From contig OZ024746.1 of the NCBI GenBank assembly GCA_964016885.1, positions 57,784,001 through 57,848,000 of the forward strand: a stretch of 64,000 nt of DNA, given 5' to 3'. The notes beneath the pieces were generated by a model. The model did not search any database. It worked only from the letters and a program-made list of their open reading frames with translations, and was not told the DNA's origin. Below, one piece after another: positions 30,134 to 44,687 of the stretch. This DNA is from Eledone cirrhosa (taxonomy: Eukaryota). The first letter of the stretch is position 1; every line of letters starts with the position of its first letter. The position numbers and the translations under genes are program-made.

Positions 30134-30261
30134 GTGTACTAGGATAATGGGCCGGCGTTGCACGGGATTTGCTCTAGCGTTCTTATATATTTGATATATA
30201 TTTATTCTTATCGAGCCTTGTGAAATAAATACGTTTGTTTATATTTTGTTATTGCAAAAAT

Positions 30262-31128
30262 ATATGTTCCCTGCTTGACTGATAGGGTTATATATAGGTG
30301 CACCGTATCTAGCCATAATAGCGTTAAACATTATATAGGGGCTACCTCTGACCCGTTCAAAATTAGATTTCGAACACATCTTCACTCTTTCGCAAATAAG
30401 AAATTAAGACACTTCACTTCGCTCGTGAATTACATCACAGTATTAAAAGACTTAAACATCAGCTTCTCCACGCACTGGGAAATTGTCGGCCGGGCTGCAC
30501 CGTACAACTTCAAGAGGAAGTGCGAGCTTTGCCTCATGCAGCTCTACCTCATCATAACGGCACCCCCACGAGCTCATCAACAGCACAGCTGAAACGACGA
30601 TAAGCTGTACACACCGCTTAAAAATATCCTACTTCAGATGGAATACGAACGGGCAGCGAAACCGTAAACCGGGTTTCCCTGCGCCAAGCTTTAAGACCCC
30701 GGCGGGCAGGTGCTGCTAAAAACATCCGGAAACTAACCATGCATCCCAGTCCCTGCATGAATCGACCCAGGTGGGCAGGCGCAAAAAACAAACGTCTCGA
30801 AACAAACGTTGCATACCTGACCCTGTGCGTATCGGCAATGGTAAGGTAGTAACCACATGCTTGTATAGGATAACACATTTGTCCGGGAAAGACTGCCCTA
30901 ACACCGACCAGAGTTATCTCCCTTGAGCTACTGCAAAATCAAACATATCTTTTTACGAAGAATGAACTCTGACGTGAACTTATGTCTAAAAACCCATTCC
31001 GGGTGTATGTAAGGAACGATTTTTAGTTATTATACACTTCAGAAGCCCATTTGGGCGAAACGTACGTAGGTGCTATTTTAAATATACATGTTTAACGGTG
31101 TGTTCTTCTGTACTTTACTTCTCCACGT
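30262..31128 (+). mobile_element. PLE GIY-YIG fragment, 3' region and degenerate HHR (31035-31072)
   Basis: VIYRC...HYIGATSDPFKIRFRTH...AAPY..CELC...CTH; gccca(tt)tgggc-GAAAC-gtac-GTA-ggtg with a mutated 5' core. Confidence 0.88.
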
Positions 31129-31132
31129 ATAT

Positions 31133-31164
<32 letters not shown>

Positions 31165-31180
31165 TAACATACCAGATTAA

Positions 31181-31231
31181 AGTTTAAGCAAAGAATCACT
31201 GCTTTCACCCTTAACGGGATCTTCTGAAATT
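31181..31231 (-). ncRNA. Hammerhead-like motif with CAGAAGA core; also 36291-36340(-) and 50350-50399(+)
   Basis: attt-CAGAAGA-tccc(gttaa)gggt-GAAA-gca...tgc-TT-aaact. Confidence 0.65.
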
Positions 31232-32500
31232 AAAAAATCAATATGTGAACGCAGAAGAAAATATTTCGAAAAACGTTACACACTGTATATGTATATATAT
31301 ATATATGTATATATATATATAATACTATTTATAGTTATGTATATACTATAAACCACTATAAACAGGAAAGGTCAGTAATGTCCTATTAGCTTATTACCAG
31401 TAAGATAAATAGCTCAATGTACTCAATGTAAGAACATCGGGTGTTTTACAGAGGAAAATAAATTAGACAATTATCAATGTTGTGTTCAAATCATTTAATA
31501 GCTGACAATAGTGTCTTCCAAACTTTCGTTTGGAGTCATCGTAGCATTATCAATGTTTGTACATATAATTAACCTCCTATTGAACTGAACAATCATATAG
31601 ATACATATATATTGATGCTGTGAGCAACAGTTTCATATTTACAGGGTGTACTAGATGCGATATATTTTATACGAGAATTGTACAATAATTCAAATTAAAA
31701 TTAAAAGCACAGCGTGGAATACATGCAACAGATAATACAAGAGAATAGTCTAATAATTATAGAAGCATTGAGAAAGAAGCATTGAGAAAGAAAGAGTACA
31801 ATAGCAGTAAATATGCAAGCGTGTAGAAAGTGCACATGCGTTAGTCATGTATATGAGAAGGAAATAAGCAAAGGTATTAGGCATATATAGATAAATAAAT
31901 AAATATATACTGTATGAGAAGCAAATATGTTGATAGTGTTCGAATTTGTGTGTTTCCATTACATATGTTAAATTATATTTTAGTTAATGTTCATATTGAA
32001 TGTTTTAAGTTAGTTACAGTAATGTATTGTAAATTGGTCTTATTGTATTCTTATTCATGGATTAGAGTTGTCAACAGGTAGTTTTTCCAACGGTTTAATT
32101 TCCGGAAGTGAGTTTGAGATCTAAGATTAAGGATAGCTAATGCGTAAAGGGAGGTAGCTATATAATTAAATTCAATTATTTAAATTATTTGCTCTAATAC
32201 ACATTATATTGTGATACAAGTGAATCTCTATTACATAATGTTATATATTTATACTTAATTTTAAATACAGTGTATTGTCCTATAATACATTAAAGGTCTC
32301 ATTAGATTGATATCAATTCATTATTGGACAAGATATATGTTATGGAAAATTGTATAGTTGAGTACATGTCCAAATAGTTAGATCATTTGTGTAATAATAT
32401 ACATTATTGTGTTAAAAGTAAATCCCTTATATACATGCTATTAATTTAAATATTTAATTATAAATGTATATATAATTTATTATTACATATTACATGATAA

Positions 32501-32692
32501 GGCGGTGGATTGGCAGTATCGGTAGAGAATCGGATGCCATGCTTTGAAGCATATAGTTACCTCCCTGTATGATCTGAGTTCAAATCCCGCCGAGGTTAAC
32601 TTTGCCTTTCATCCTTCCGGGGTCGATAACATGAAGTACCAGTAATGCACTGGATAATTGCTGGCCTTGTGCCAAAAGTAGAAGCAATTATT
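32501..32692 (+). mobile_element. tRNA-derived SINE
   Basis: Full-length match to the copy at 27568. Confidence 0.92.
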
Positions 32693-32999
32693 ACATATTA
32701 CATTAAATGTCGCTACATATTATATATCCATTACTGTATATAATATAATTAAGCTATAGTAGTTATATCAACAGGTGGTAACATTATGCTTAATTCTAAT
32801 AGTTATTGTAGAGTTTAAGGTTAGATAATAAATGATAATAAATAGGAGTTGTGTAGAAGAAAGAGCTGATAATGCTGCGATGATAATGCTCAGATGATGC
32901 CAAACGAAAGTTTGGAAGAAACGATCGTCAGCTATTAAATGATTTGAACACAACTTTGATAATTGTCTAATTCATATATATATATATTCTTTTTTTTTC

Positions 33000-33485
33000 T
33001 AGGGCGGGTAAAATCCCCGAGAACCATGGACGAGTTCTCTCCAGCGGTCTCTCTCCCTCATTATCGCTGCCATGTCCTGCATTCTCCAACAGACCAGTGT
33101 CTGTCCTTAGGGCATCAACATACGTTAACCTTGGTTGTCCTCTTCCAGTGTGTCCAACACCAAAGCCCATGTCATTACACTTGATGGGATGACAGAGGTC
33201 TTTGTGATACTGACTGGAATGCTCCAGGGAGTTACATTGGCTCCCTACCTTTTTATCATCGTAGTGGACTATTGTATGCGCCATGCATTGGAGAAACACC
33301 AGGACTCTGGCTTTACCCTAGCACCGGCTCAGAGCAGGAGAGTTAGGGCGGAGAATATATCAGATGCTGAATTTGCCAACGACATAGTTTTGGTGACAAT
33401 TACAGTGAAGGTGGCAGAGGATTTGATGCAGGAGGTTGAGACCGTGTCGATGGGTGTGGGGCTGAGAATGAATGGGACTAAAACA

Positions 33486-33490
<5 letters not shown>
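33000..33490 (+). mobile_element. RTE-type LINE RT fragment with inverted C-terminal piece
   Basis: Plus: GMLQGVTLAPYLFIIVVDY...DAEFANDIVL...VGLRMNGTKT. Minus 33060-33150: GRGQPRLTYVDALRTDTG. Confidence 0.85.
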
Positions 33491-33569
<79 letters not shown>

Positions 33570-33719
33570 TCTATATATATATATACACTATATACACACA
33601 CAGATGCGACATCAGAATGTCGTAATGCAGACAGACGGACATTCCCTGTTTTAGATATATAGATATGTATATGCATATATATATATATATAAATTATCGT
33701 CGCAATAAAAAGCAAACTT

Positions 33720-33880
33720 GGAACTAATTAATTCACTACTCATTACTTCCAGCCGAATGATCTGGAACGACGTGAAATAGAGTGTCTTGTGAAAGACATA
33801 ACGAAATGCCCGCTTCGGGAATCGGACTCAAATTTGTAATTGTGAAACGAACGCTATGATTACTAAATAATCTGCCTTCA
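33720..33880 (-). mobile_element. Second SINE family, degenerate
   Basis: Reverse complement has a tRNA-like head (gagtccgattcccga) followed by tgtctttcacaagacactctatttcacgtc; related to 39533-39786. Confidence 0.55.
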
Positions 33881-34280
33881 CACAGAAACACAAACACACA
33901 CATACATGTGCAGACTTACAGACGACACACACGTATAAGCATGCACATATGCATAGCCTTGTATATATGTGTGTTTGTGTGGGTTAGAGTGTATATATAT
34001 ATATATATATTTATATATGTATGGACGTGTGTGTGTATTTTGGTTCTAAGTTGTGTTACTTAACAAATGTTACTATAAAACTGACTACGAATGTAATATA
34101 TATCAAATAAATTATATAACAACATTCGTTTAGGCGACGCCAAAGTATGGAGCTATCTAATTTCCTTCTTCTTTCTCATATATATGTATATATGTTTGTT
34201 TGTGTGTTTGTTGTGTGTGTATATGTGTGGTTGTGTGCCTGCGTGTGCCTGTCTGTGAATGGTTGTGTGCGTGTCTCTGT

Positions 34281-34325
<45 letters not shown>

Positions 34326-34523
34326 ATATTTAACTGTTTAAATTCACGGTGGGACCTATATCTAGATGTAGCTACCTGCCTCTTTATTTAGCAATTCATC
34401 AAAATATTTTTTACGTTATATTCTATCAGCGGTACAATTTCTACATGTTAATGGTTTCGGCGTCAGTTGGATGTTTTCATCGTTCCTCTTACATATACAT
34501 ATATATACACACACATACATACG

Positions 34524-34609
<86 letters not shown>

Positions 34610-34633
34610 TATATAATTATACACATATATACA

Positions 34634-34675
<42 letters not shown>

Positions 34676-34746
34676 TATACATATATATATTTATAAACAT
34701 ATATATAAAAATATAAATATATCTCTATAGCTATTTATATATATAC

Positions 34747-34798
<52 letters not shown>

Positions 34799-35550
34799 TA
34801 TGAATTATATATATATACGTTTGTATGTGTGTGTATATATATATATATAGAAAGAGAGATGAGTGTGTGTGAATTCATTGTCTTCGTATGTAACTTGACT
34901 GTTGCTGTTGTTTTGTTTGTTATTTTGTTCAATTTTTATTTATTTATTTTGTTTTATATAACTTCTTTCTTCTACATAGCTCTTTGTTACTTCAGCAGAA
35001 GAAAACTGGTGTCTGGGATAGACAGCTCTTCGATCACAATGGACAGAATCGCATTTCCATTTATCTTAGAAACAATGATAAGTTCCAAGACTTGTCAGAA
35101 GTGTAAAAGAGTGTTTTGCCAAATTACATACAAAGAATTTCATGAATTGATATGCTTTTATTTTTTCTTTGACAATTATTTTTATTTTTACGAAGAACTG
35201 GAAAAGAATATGCTTATATTCTTCTATTTTACCAAACACTCTGTTAAGTTTAACAAAGAAATATATATGAAAATAAAACTGTTCTATTAAGTTTCTGTTA
35301 AAATAGGTAACAATAAGTAGATTAGAATTCTCTAAATGTCACATAATATATATATTTTATGCAACGGGTAACCTATCAAACATGAGAAGGAAAAAGAAAG
35401 ATATAAAGATACGATTTGGCTGTTCAATAAAAGTAGTAACTAAACCACATATTTCCAGTATTATTACTGATTAATAGGAAATATAAATAATTCCAATATA
35501 TATATATCGAATTGACAAGCAGTATCGATGTGAACACGTTGTATATGCAT

Positions 35551-35594
<44 letters not shown>

Positions 35595-35712
35595 TCTAGT
35601 CATTTATGAGACATCAATTCTCTACCAATATAATTGTCAAATTCCCCTTTCACATATCACACATGTATATATATATATAAATGTATATATATATATGCAT
35701 GTATAAATGTGT

Positions 35713-35831
<119 letters not shown>

Positions 35832-36267
35832 TAATCTGTGAGTTATCTTGAACAGTTCTACTTTTTGGGTAAAGGCATTACATGCTCCGAGAGTGGGGTG
35901 GGTCCCGTGGAAAGCCTTTACTCACTTTAAAAGTCTTCAAGACAAGGCATCGCTAGATATGTGACACTTTTTGCAATGCAGCATTGCTGGCCATATGTAA
36001 ATCCATTGCAGGACTATAAAGCCGCATCCGCGATGTACATGCTTAAGTACCAAGCGATGATATAACGCGAAATCGAATTGGAGCCATCATATATATATAT
36101 GTATATATATCGGATAGCGATGCCTGGCTTGAAGCTTTATATATATATATATATATATATAAGAAAAATGGAGTGCTGCGTGGTTGCACATGGGTTACAT
36201 ATGAATAAAATTAGTCCTTCATCAGTGATCTTCCAACCTTCATTGGTATGTCATCCATATATATATA

Positions 36268-36550
36268 TATTTATTAAAATAACAGATAAAAGTTTAAGCA
36301 AAAATCGCTGCTTTAACCCTTAACGGGATCTTCTGAAACTAAAAAAAATCAATCTGTGAACGCAGAAGTAAATATTTCGAAAAACGTTGCAACCGAAGGA
36401 AGACAGGAAGACGATACTTTTGTTCGTGGAAACATTCCCTGGCAACGAACGGGAAAAAAATCGAAGGTAATACGTTATTATTTGGAGCGAGAAAACAATT
36501 TCACGCCAAGACAAAACCACGTTTATGGTATAAATGAAGTCGTAGACTAA
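36268..36550 (-). mobile_element. pLTR family also at 31160-31280, 41567-41760 and 50140-50510
   Basis: Alignable blocks including the CAGAAGA motif; TA-flanked. Confidence 0.75.
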
Positions 36551-38691
36551 GGTGGACCATAACGCACAAGAGTAGTCAATACTTAGGGTAGTAGAGTGGA
36601 TAATAGGCGGATGAGCTCTGGCCGTTTCGACATACCCGAACTCTATATCCGTTTCGGGTCTAGCTGTCGAAACGGCCGGAGCTCAGCCGATTCTTTTCCT
36701 ATATATAGAGAGAGAGAGAAAAAGAGAGAAAGAGAGAGAAAGAGAGTGAGAGAGAGTACGAGAGAAAGAGAAAGAGAAAGAGTGCTACCTGAGTTTTGGG
36801 TTCATTAATGATGGTATAAACGACAGCTGCTAGGGAAATTATCACAGCAACCGTTCAGAAAGAGACCGGACAAAGGGTAAGTAACGCGACAAATTTTAGC
36901 AATCAATGTACAGGAGTGTACGGCACGATAAAGGTGTATATGAGTTAAATGAGTAAAGTAATGTAAGAGTAAGTGAGTAAAGTTCCATGCATATCGAAGA
37001 TTGCAGGCAAAAACTTCACATTCAAGAAGAAATGTTTTCCAATTGGGTTTTGACATATTTTTTTTAGGAAGGTTGCCGGGTTTTATTCCCTTTCAGTGTG
37101 TGTCTTTGTGTGTGTGTGTGGGTGGGGTGTATGGGTGTGTGTGTAGGGGGGGGGTATGGGTGTGTGTGTGTATTTGAGGAGCTCCACTGTGTCAAGTGTT
37201 CAAATATAATATGAGGGTTTGCACATAAATAAAAATGGATATTGTAGAAGTTTTTATCTATATATGTGTCTTTTATATTTCATATTTTATTCTTGGTTAT
37301 CTTAAACCCCTAAAAATAAAGTTTAGCTCTAGACATAATACAAAACCCCAATTCACATCTACACACCACAAGAGAAAAGAAAACATCACAGCCTTTCTAA
37401 AATCACTGCCACACTAAAAACTATTAATCATGATTGAAAAACTTTTCTCTTTTGTTCGTATTTTCAAGAGAACTTGTATGTCCAATTATATTTTTAGCTA
37501 ATTTCAACTTAATACACATAAAATAGCTTGAAGTTTTGACAGAATAGCACCCCAATTTCAAAATTAAGCACTTTGTTGGGTTGATATTTCAAGACTGGAA
37601 ATAAATGCCGTTCCCTAGTTTCAATATTTGACAATTCTCCAGACAAGTAACTCGCCACAGAAACTTCGTCCAGCTAACATGTCGCCATCAAACTACCAGG
37701 CATCTATAATTATCCGCTTATTCAATCAATCGTACAATATAACGATCACGAGCCAGTCAGATGAGGCAGCCAGCGTGTCATAAACATTTTTTGGTTATTC
37801 AACCATTCAACAACAACAGCCAGTCATCCTGCAAGCGGATGACGCCGTCCAGCCAGCTAGTAGCTGGACAATGAAGAAATGATATTGTAAAAAATGCCAG
37901 TGCGATATTTAAACGGCCCCAAAAACTCAGGTACCACTCCATCAGGCAATGAACTTGACTTTCCTACCAACCATCTATTTAGTCAGAGAACTACATCGTG
38001 AACCATTCATCTGGAAAACCAGCCGAAGAACGAAACCTTAACGTGGCCAACAGGCCAGAAATAAAAATCTTTCGGTCATTCAACCAGCCAGCCAACAAGC
38101 TATCCAGCACCGTCAGCCAACCGTTTTGCATTGTAAAACTGTTGTTTTGTGTTTATTGTTCCGTTTCTGGACACGAAGATAACAGAAATATTAAAACAGC
38201 GTCAAAAACGGCCATTTATATAGAAATCTCTATTGTGAAGAAATTTTCTTTTCAACTATAATAAATATTTAGTAAAAGTAGTTGGAATTTAATTCCTCCA
38301 TTTATACCGCTTTGTTTTACTCTTTGATGTTTGGCTGGCACTTAAATGTGATTTTAACTGATAGAGATGTCTTTTAAGTAGGAACAATAACTCGTGTTGG
38401 TGATTTATGCGAATATATTTGAGTAAAGTCATTTATGAAAACTACTGCTTGTGTAGTGTGGACGTGCGTGTGTGTTTGATTCAAGTTATTGTTCTGGTTG
38501 TTCTTCAACAAACTTGTATAATATGAAGATAAAATTCCGCTTGCCATTGTGTTATAATACAGATATTTCGGCAGCCCTCATACAACGTCATAATAACGCT
38601 ACAAGTCAATAGCAAATACGTGGTCGTTATTAAAGATATGTACACCTGATTGCATAAAAAATATATATTAGTATGCTAATCTATGTATGTC

Positions 38692-38804
<113 letters not shown>

Positions 38805-38929
38805 TTTATATATATAGATATACGTATATATATACAGTATATATATATATTTATATATATATATATAAATATATATATATACGTATATTTATATATATAT
38901 AAAATATGTATATATATTATATATATAAA

Positions 38930-38977
<48 letters not shown>

Positions 38978-39073
38978 CATATAAAATATGTGTATATATA
39001 TATATATAATATATATATACATACATATATATATTATACATATAAAATATGTATTATATATATATATACATAA

Positions 39074-39104
<31 letters not shown>

Positions 39105-39135
39105 TAATATATAATATATAAGATATATATATGAA

Positions 39136-39213
<78 letters not shown>

Positions 39214-39268
39214 CATAAATTATGTGTATATATATATATATACAAAGTATGTATATCTATATATAAAT

Positions 39269-39322
<54 letters not shown>

Positions 39323-39532
39323 AAGTATGTATATCTATATATATATATATATATATATATAGTGAGACATTGAAAAATAACATGGTCGGCTGTACAATAA
39401 TGGGCTTTAATTCAAGTATTAACAATTGCTTCATTGATCAGGTGAGTCTAGAGGCCGCTAATCGCTCGAAGTTGCGTCACTTGATCTCCAATACACTGTT
39501 TCTAAAGTTTAAAGTATGTGATAAGCCAGTAG

Positions 39533-39786
39533 GCTCATTTGGCCGGTGCTTATCCCGGTTTCATGGCGTGAAGTGACTGAGAGCACAGGATTACCGCCTG
39601 GACAGGACGCCAGTCCATCGCAGGGTTAAATCTCCATCTATTGCTAGTACTGATTTTCAGCTGAGTACACAGGAGCAACGTGCAATTAAGTGTTTTTTCG
39701 AGAACACAACACGAAAACCCAGGAAGCGAGCCCACGACATTATGATAGTAAGTCCAACACCCTTACCACTGGGCCACGTGCCTCCA
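39533..39786 (-). mobile_element. tRNA-derived SINE (V-SINE-like)
   Basis: Reverse complement: ggaggcacgtggcccagtggtaaggg...tgtgttctcgaaaaaacacttaattgc...cctgcgatggactggcgtcctgtccagg...aaaccggg. Confidence 0.75.
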
Positions 39787-39835
39787 CAATACAGTGTTTA
39801 CCTCTGATCAAATCCTATAACGATAACATTTTATC

Positions 39836-39898
<63 letters not shown>

Positions 39899-40214
39899 AG
39901 TGTGTGTGTGGGTGTGTGTATGTGTCTGTGTGTGTGTGGGGGGGGGGCTGTTTGTCTGATTGTGTTAGTATCTGAGACTGTTATGCATGCCTGTGGTAGT
40001 GCATATGGTATCTGTGAGAATATGTATCTGTATTAGTGTGAAATATTGTATGAGTAATTTTGAGTGGTTAAATTTGTAAGACTGTAGTTGAATTATAACA
40101 ATAACTAAGAACTAGACAGTAATAATTATAGATTCTCTAAGGAGTCTGGAAATTCATATAACGCAAAGAAGCACACAAACCACAAATGTACGCACACAAT
40201 AGTCACACATACTA

Positions 40215-40305
<91 letters not shown>

Positions 40306-40765
40306 CATCGAACAACCACTAACTTCGAAAAAGGTGGCCAACACAAATAATTGTATATACGATTATTCAATAATCAACTTCTATTGGAACACATACATAC
40401 TTAAATACGTACACACGTAAATACGTGTATATTTCAATTTATATATATATGCATACATATATATTAATGTATATATGCATGTATGTATGTACATATATAT
40501 CTATCTAAATCGTAAATTGAATTTCGACGCAGTTTTCTATAATGTATTGATTTCAATTGATTTAAATGACCAAACAATGCTTAGTGTTTTATTTATAATT
40601 CTCAGTCTAAATAAACCTTCATCAGCAAGTTTAAGATCTGTTTCGGTCAAAGTTTGAAAAAGTATAACCTTTGCTTAAACTAACTCTAAAGATTTTGAAC
40701 AGATAATATATAATGATGTGTATTATTCATTTCACGAGTCTGCCTCGATTGAAGATTCTAAACAT

Positions 40766-40801
<36 letters not shown>

Positions 40802-40900
40802 TTAAATATATACAAAAAGTTATGAAACTAAAGGAGCTGTGTGGTTACTAAAAACAAGGTTTAGGATAGTGGTTAGGACGGAACAGGAGGAGAAAGGAAT

Positions 40901-40975
40901 ATCCATCGTCAGCTGTAAATGTATCCCGAACCGATGTTTCGGCGCTGAATTACAGGACATCGGTGTATTTCGGAT
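40901..40975 (-). ncRNA. Candidate type II (circularly permuted) hammerhead
   Basis: atcc-GAAA-tacaccgat-GTC-ctgtaa...ttacag-CTGACGA-t-ggat; stem III is weak and competing folds exist. Confidence 0.45.
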
Positions 40976-41321
40976 GCGCCCGGGGCCTTTTATTAATAAA
41001 AGGGACAGGTGGAAAAGGAGAGGGAAGGAGAGAAAAAAGGGAGAGAGAAAAGCAAACAGATGCGAAGGAGGAAGAAATGGGGGGGGGGGTGAGGAGAGAG
41101 GAAGAAGGGGAAAAATAGGAAAGGATTAGAAGAAAAATAAGTGTACAGATCCCATCGTGAGAAAACACAGGTGAAAGAAACATGCAAAAAAGTAACAGTG
41201 GAAAAATAGGGAAAAATAAGTTGTGGCCAACCTGGGAGAGTTTAGCCTGGTGGTCAGCTACGACTCAGAGCTGGTATAATATTGCTGCCTCTCGCATAGA
41301 CAGGAGAAAGTGAGAGAGAGA

Positions 41322-41364
<43 letters not shown>

Positions 41365-41858
41365 CGAAGGAAAAGTGGTAAGGAACCAGGTGGACCATAA
41401 CGCACCAAAGTACTCAATACTTAGGGTAGTAGAGTGGGTAATAGGAACAAGTAGGACCCCGACGGCCGATCTCAAGCCGTTTCAGCTAGTCCAGAATTAG
41501 CCGTCGAAACGGCTTGGGCTCAGCCGTCGGGATCCTACTCGTTCCTATATATATATATATATATATATTTAAATAACAGTTTAATGTTTAAGCAAAAAAC
41601 CGCTGTTTTCATCCTAAAGGGTGAAAACAGCGATTTTTTGCTTTCACTTTAATCTGTTATTTTAATAAATATTTGCTCTAGGGTTCTTATATATTTGATA
41701 TATATTTATCGTTATTGAGCCCTCTTTGGATTTTAGTCTTCACATTTAATATGATTACTATATATATATATTCGTACGCACCTATATGTACATGAATATA
41801 AATAGCTATTTATCAATCTCTCTATGTCTCTACGCGGACACACACATACACACACACA

Positions 41859-41906
<48 letters not shown>

Positions 41907-42006
41907 TGTGTGTGTATCTAGAGTGTGTGTGTATGTGTGTGTGCGCGTAGAGACATAGAGAGATTGATAAATAGCTATTTATATTCATGTACATATAGGT
42001 GCGTAC

Positions 42007-42051
<45 letters not shown>

Positions 42052-42737
42052 TACATACATGGATAAATGTATACATGCTGATTTTTCTCCTGTATGAATT
42101 CATACTATTTAGCGGAGATTGCACCAACGTGTATAAATATATACACTATGTGATATATAGGCATAGTGACATTCCAGAAAATACGAATTGCCCTTTAAAT
42201 TGAATAAAATGATAAACATTTTTAATCGATTTTCGGAACTTATTGGACCTTTATCATATGACATATACTATCATCAAATCAATCACAAGGTAATATGTAA
42301 TTGATAGGTATTTGTACCCGTTCGCCTTTAGTATTATTCTGAAATGGACATACTAATTTGCATATAATTAGCGCTCTAATGGTAATTGATTAAGATAATT
42401 GGTAAGAAGTACGCTAATAGCGAAAGTGTATGACAAAGTTATATATAAATACAGAGTGTGTAACCGAGACTGCTCTAACGTGTATAATTAAATTCACATA
42501 TCGAAAATGTATGCATGTAAACGTGTCTTGCGGAGGGTTTTATCAGAACCAATAGTCCCCAAATGATCATGTATGATATTCATGCGAAACCATATGAGCT
42601 TCGGAGGTTTGTCCAACTTGTAGCTCATCGCCTGCCCCAATCCCTAGCAGCTGGCCGGCTTCGTAGCAAAAGTCTGCCCATTAAATATTTTTCTTAGATA
42701 TTCTATCAACGTATCCGTAGTGCTGAAATTGTGTTAT

Positions 42738-42785
42738 CTAGATTCGGATGAAGAGCGACTCTCTGATCTCCGAAACGTTATTCTA
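42738..42785 (+). ncRNA. Degenerate hammerhead
   Basis: tagatt-CGGATGA-a-gag...ctc-c-GAAAC-GTT-attcta. Confidence 0.45.
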
Positions 42786-42951
42786 AAGAACCTTCGGAAT
42801 TACTCCATTTGTATTTACATTCGTATTATTCCGGTCATTACATAAGTTTTATTACCATAAGCACGGTTAGGCACGAACATCTAATCGAAATTAACGAGTA
42901 TTGTTTTTACAAATTAACCTGATGAGCAAGTTCTGAAGCGGAAGCATTATT

Positions 42952-43417
42952 TCGGTGAATTGGCAGCATCGGTAGAGGATCGGATGTCATGATTTGCTGC
43001 ATATAGTTACGTCCCTTTACGGTATGATCTCACCGAGGTTAACTTTGCCTTTCATTCTTACGGGATCGATAAAATAAAATACCAGTAGGCTACTGGCTAA
43101 TTACTGCCTTGTGCCAAATGTAGAAACAATTATTTTAATGAATTGTAGTAGGTGAGACGCTCTGTTAAATATAACAGTGCTAGTAGACATGATGAATACC
43201 GTCTTGTTGATATTATTAATGAGGGTGCTGGGTTGGCTGCGTCGGTAGAGGATCGAACGCCATGGTTTGCAGAATATACTTATGTCCCTTTATGTCCTGA
43301 GTTCAAATCCCGCCGAGGTTAACTTTGCCTTCCATCCTTGCGGGGTCAATAAGATAAAGTACCAGTAATGCACAGGGATAATTGCTGGCCTTCTGCCTAA
43401 AAGTAGAAAGAATTATT
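42952..43417 (+). mobile_element. SINE-spacer-SINE pair (42952-43134; 43223-43417)
   Basis: Two SINE copies separated by ~88 nt. Confidence 0.9.
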
Positions 43418-43814
43418 GCATTGTTGTTCTAGCAAACTTTCTGAGTATAATTCAACCTACAGTCTTCCTGTTTTCAAATATCTATTGACATCAACTGACA
43501 TACACGATTCTTACAATTGTTAAATGGCCACCTTTTTTATAAATGAAAAGAATTGTGTTAAATATCTAAGCAATCCAATCAATCACATTTTTTAGAGAGC
43601 AAAATAAGATGTTGCAAAGGAATTCTATTTGTTTTTTTAAGGCCAGCTAATGATGGTAACACTCTCTCAGGGCTAAACGGAGAGTAAACGAGAACGTCCG
43701 CAAATACTTGTTCATAAGACTATATGAGTGAATGTATTAATACCTAAATATTTAACAGATCGTTTCACACAATCCTGAAACAATGGAATTTTTCATCGTC
43801 ATCGTCGTCATCGA

Positions 43815-43947
<133 letters not shown>

Positions 43948-44289
43948 TTGGCAAAGTCGTGTGGTCTGAATACTCAAAAACGCCTTCCAACGGATCCTGT
44001 TAAAAGCAACCATTTCCAGTTGATCAGGTTGGATCCCAAAAGAAAAAGTCTGTTCACGTCAAATGCTAATGGCAATTGAGAGTCAACAAGTCAAAAGGAC
44101 CCTCTAAGCCAACATATAGAGGAATGTGGAGGACGAATTCTACGAAATTTCCATGTGTTCCTCTTCTACCAGTGAAGCGAAACTTTCACCCAGGACAAGC
44201 ATAGTAATACGGAAAGATATTCCATGAATAAATTCGAAACAAATTTCCATTTTTTACACTAATAACTCTAATAACAGAAATTACTGGAT

Positions 44290-44687
44290 TGTGTGAATAT
44301 AACACAGACACTTGGGTTGTATGTACAATGTTTATTTAACAAGTTTAGTTATGAAGAACAGAATAGTTGACATGTTAAGAGTAGATGAAATATGAAGTAA
44401 AGTTATTTGTTACCGTTTTGAAGTTAGCTCGCAAGAGACCATCTTAGGGTTGCCAGAGAGTAGAGACTCGGCGAAAGCGCCTGGCCGAAGGCCAGCAGCC
44501 GAAAGGGCAAATTAGAGAGAGATCGCTCTGAGTATCCCTTTTATAGGGTCTCAAGACGGAAGTGACAAAAAGGGTTCTGGCACTCCAACAGGAAGTAATT
44601 CCAGCTACTTTCTGTCTATAGAGCGTTAATCTATTGGTGATGTAATCGTCACAACAAGGGAGGCAACTCTTGCTACATTATCCCCCG
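44290..44687 (-). mobile_element. Probable LTR with preceding polypurine tract
   Basis: Minus strand: PPT-like cgggggataa, then TGTAGC...; TATAAAA near 44540; AATAAA near 44330; ends ...ttcacaCA. No second LTR in the window. Confidence 0.5.
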
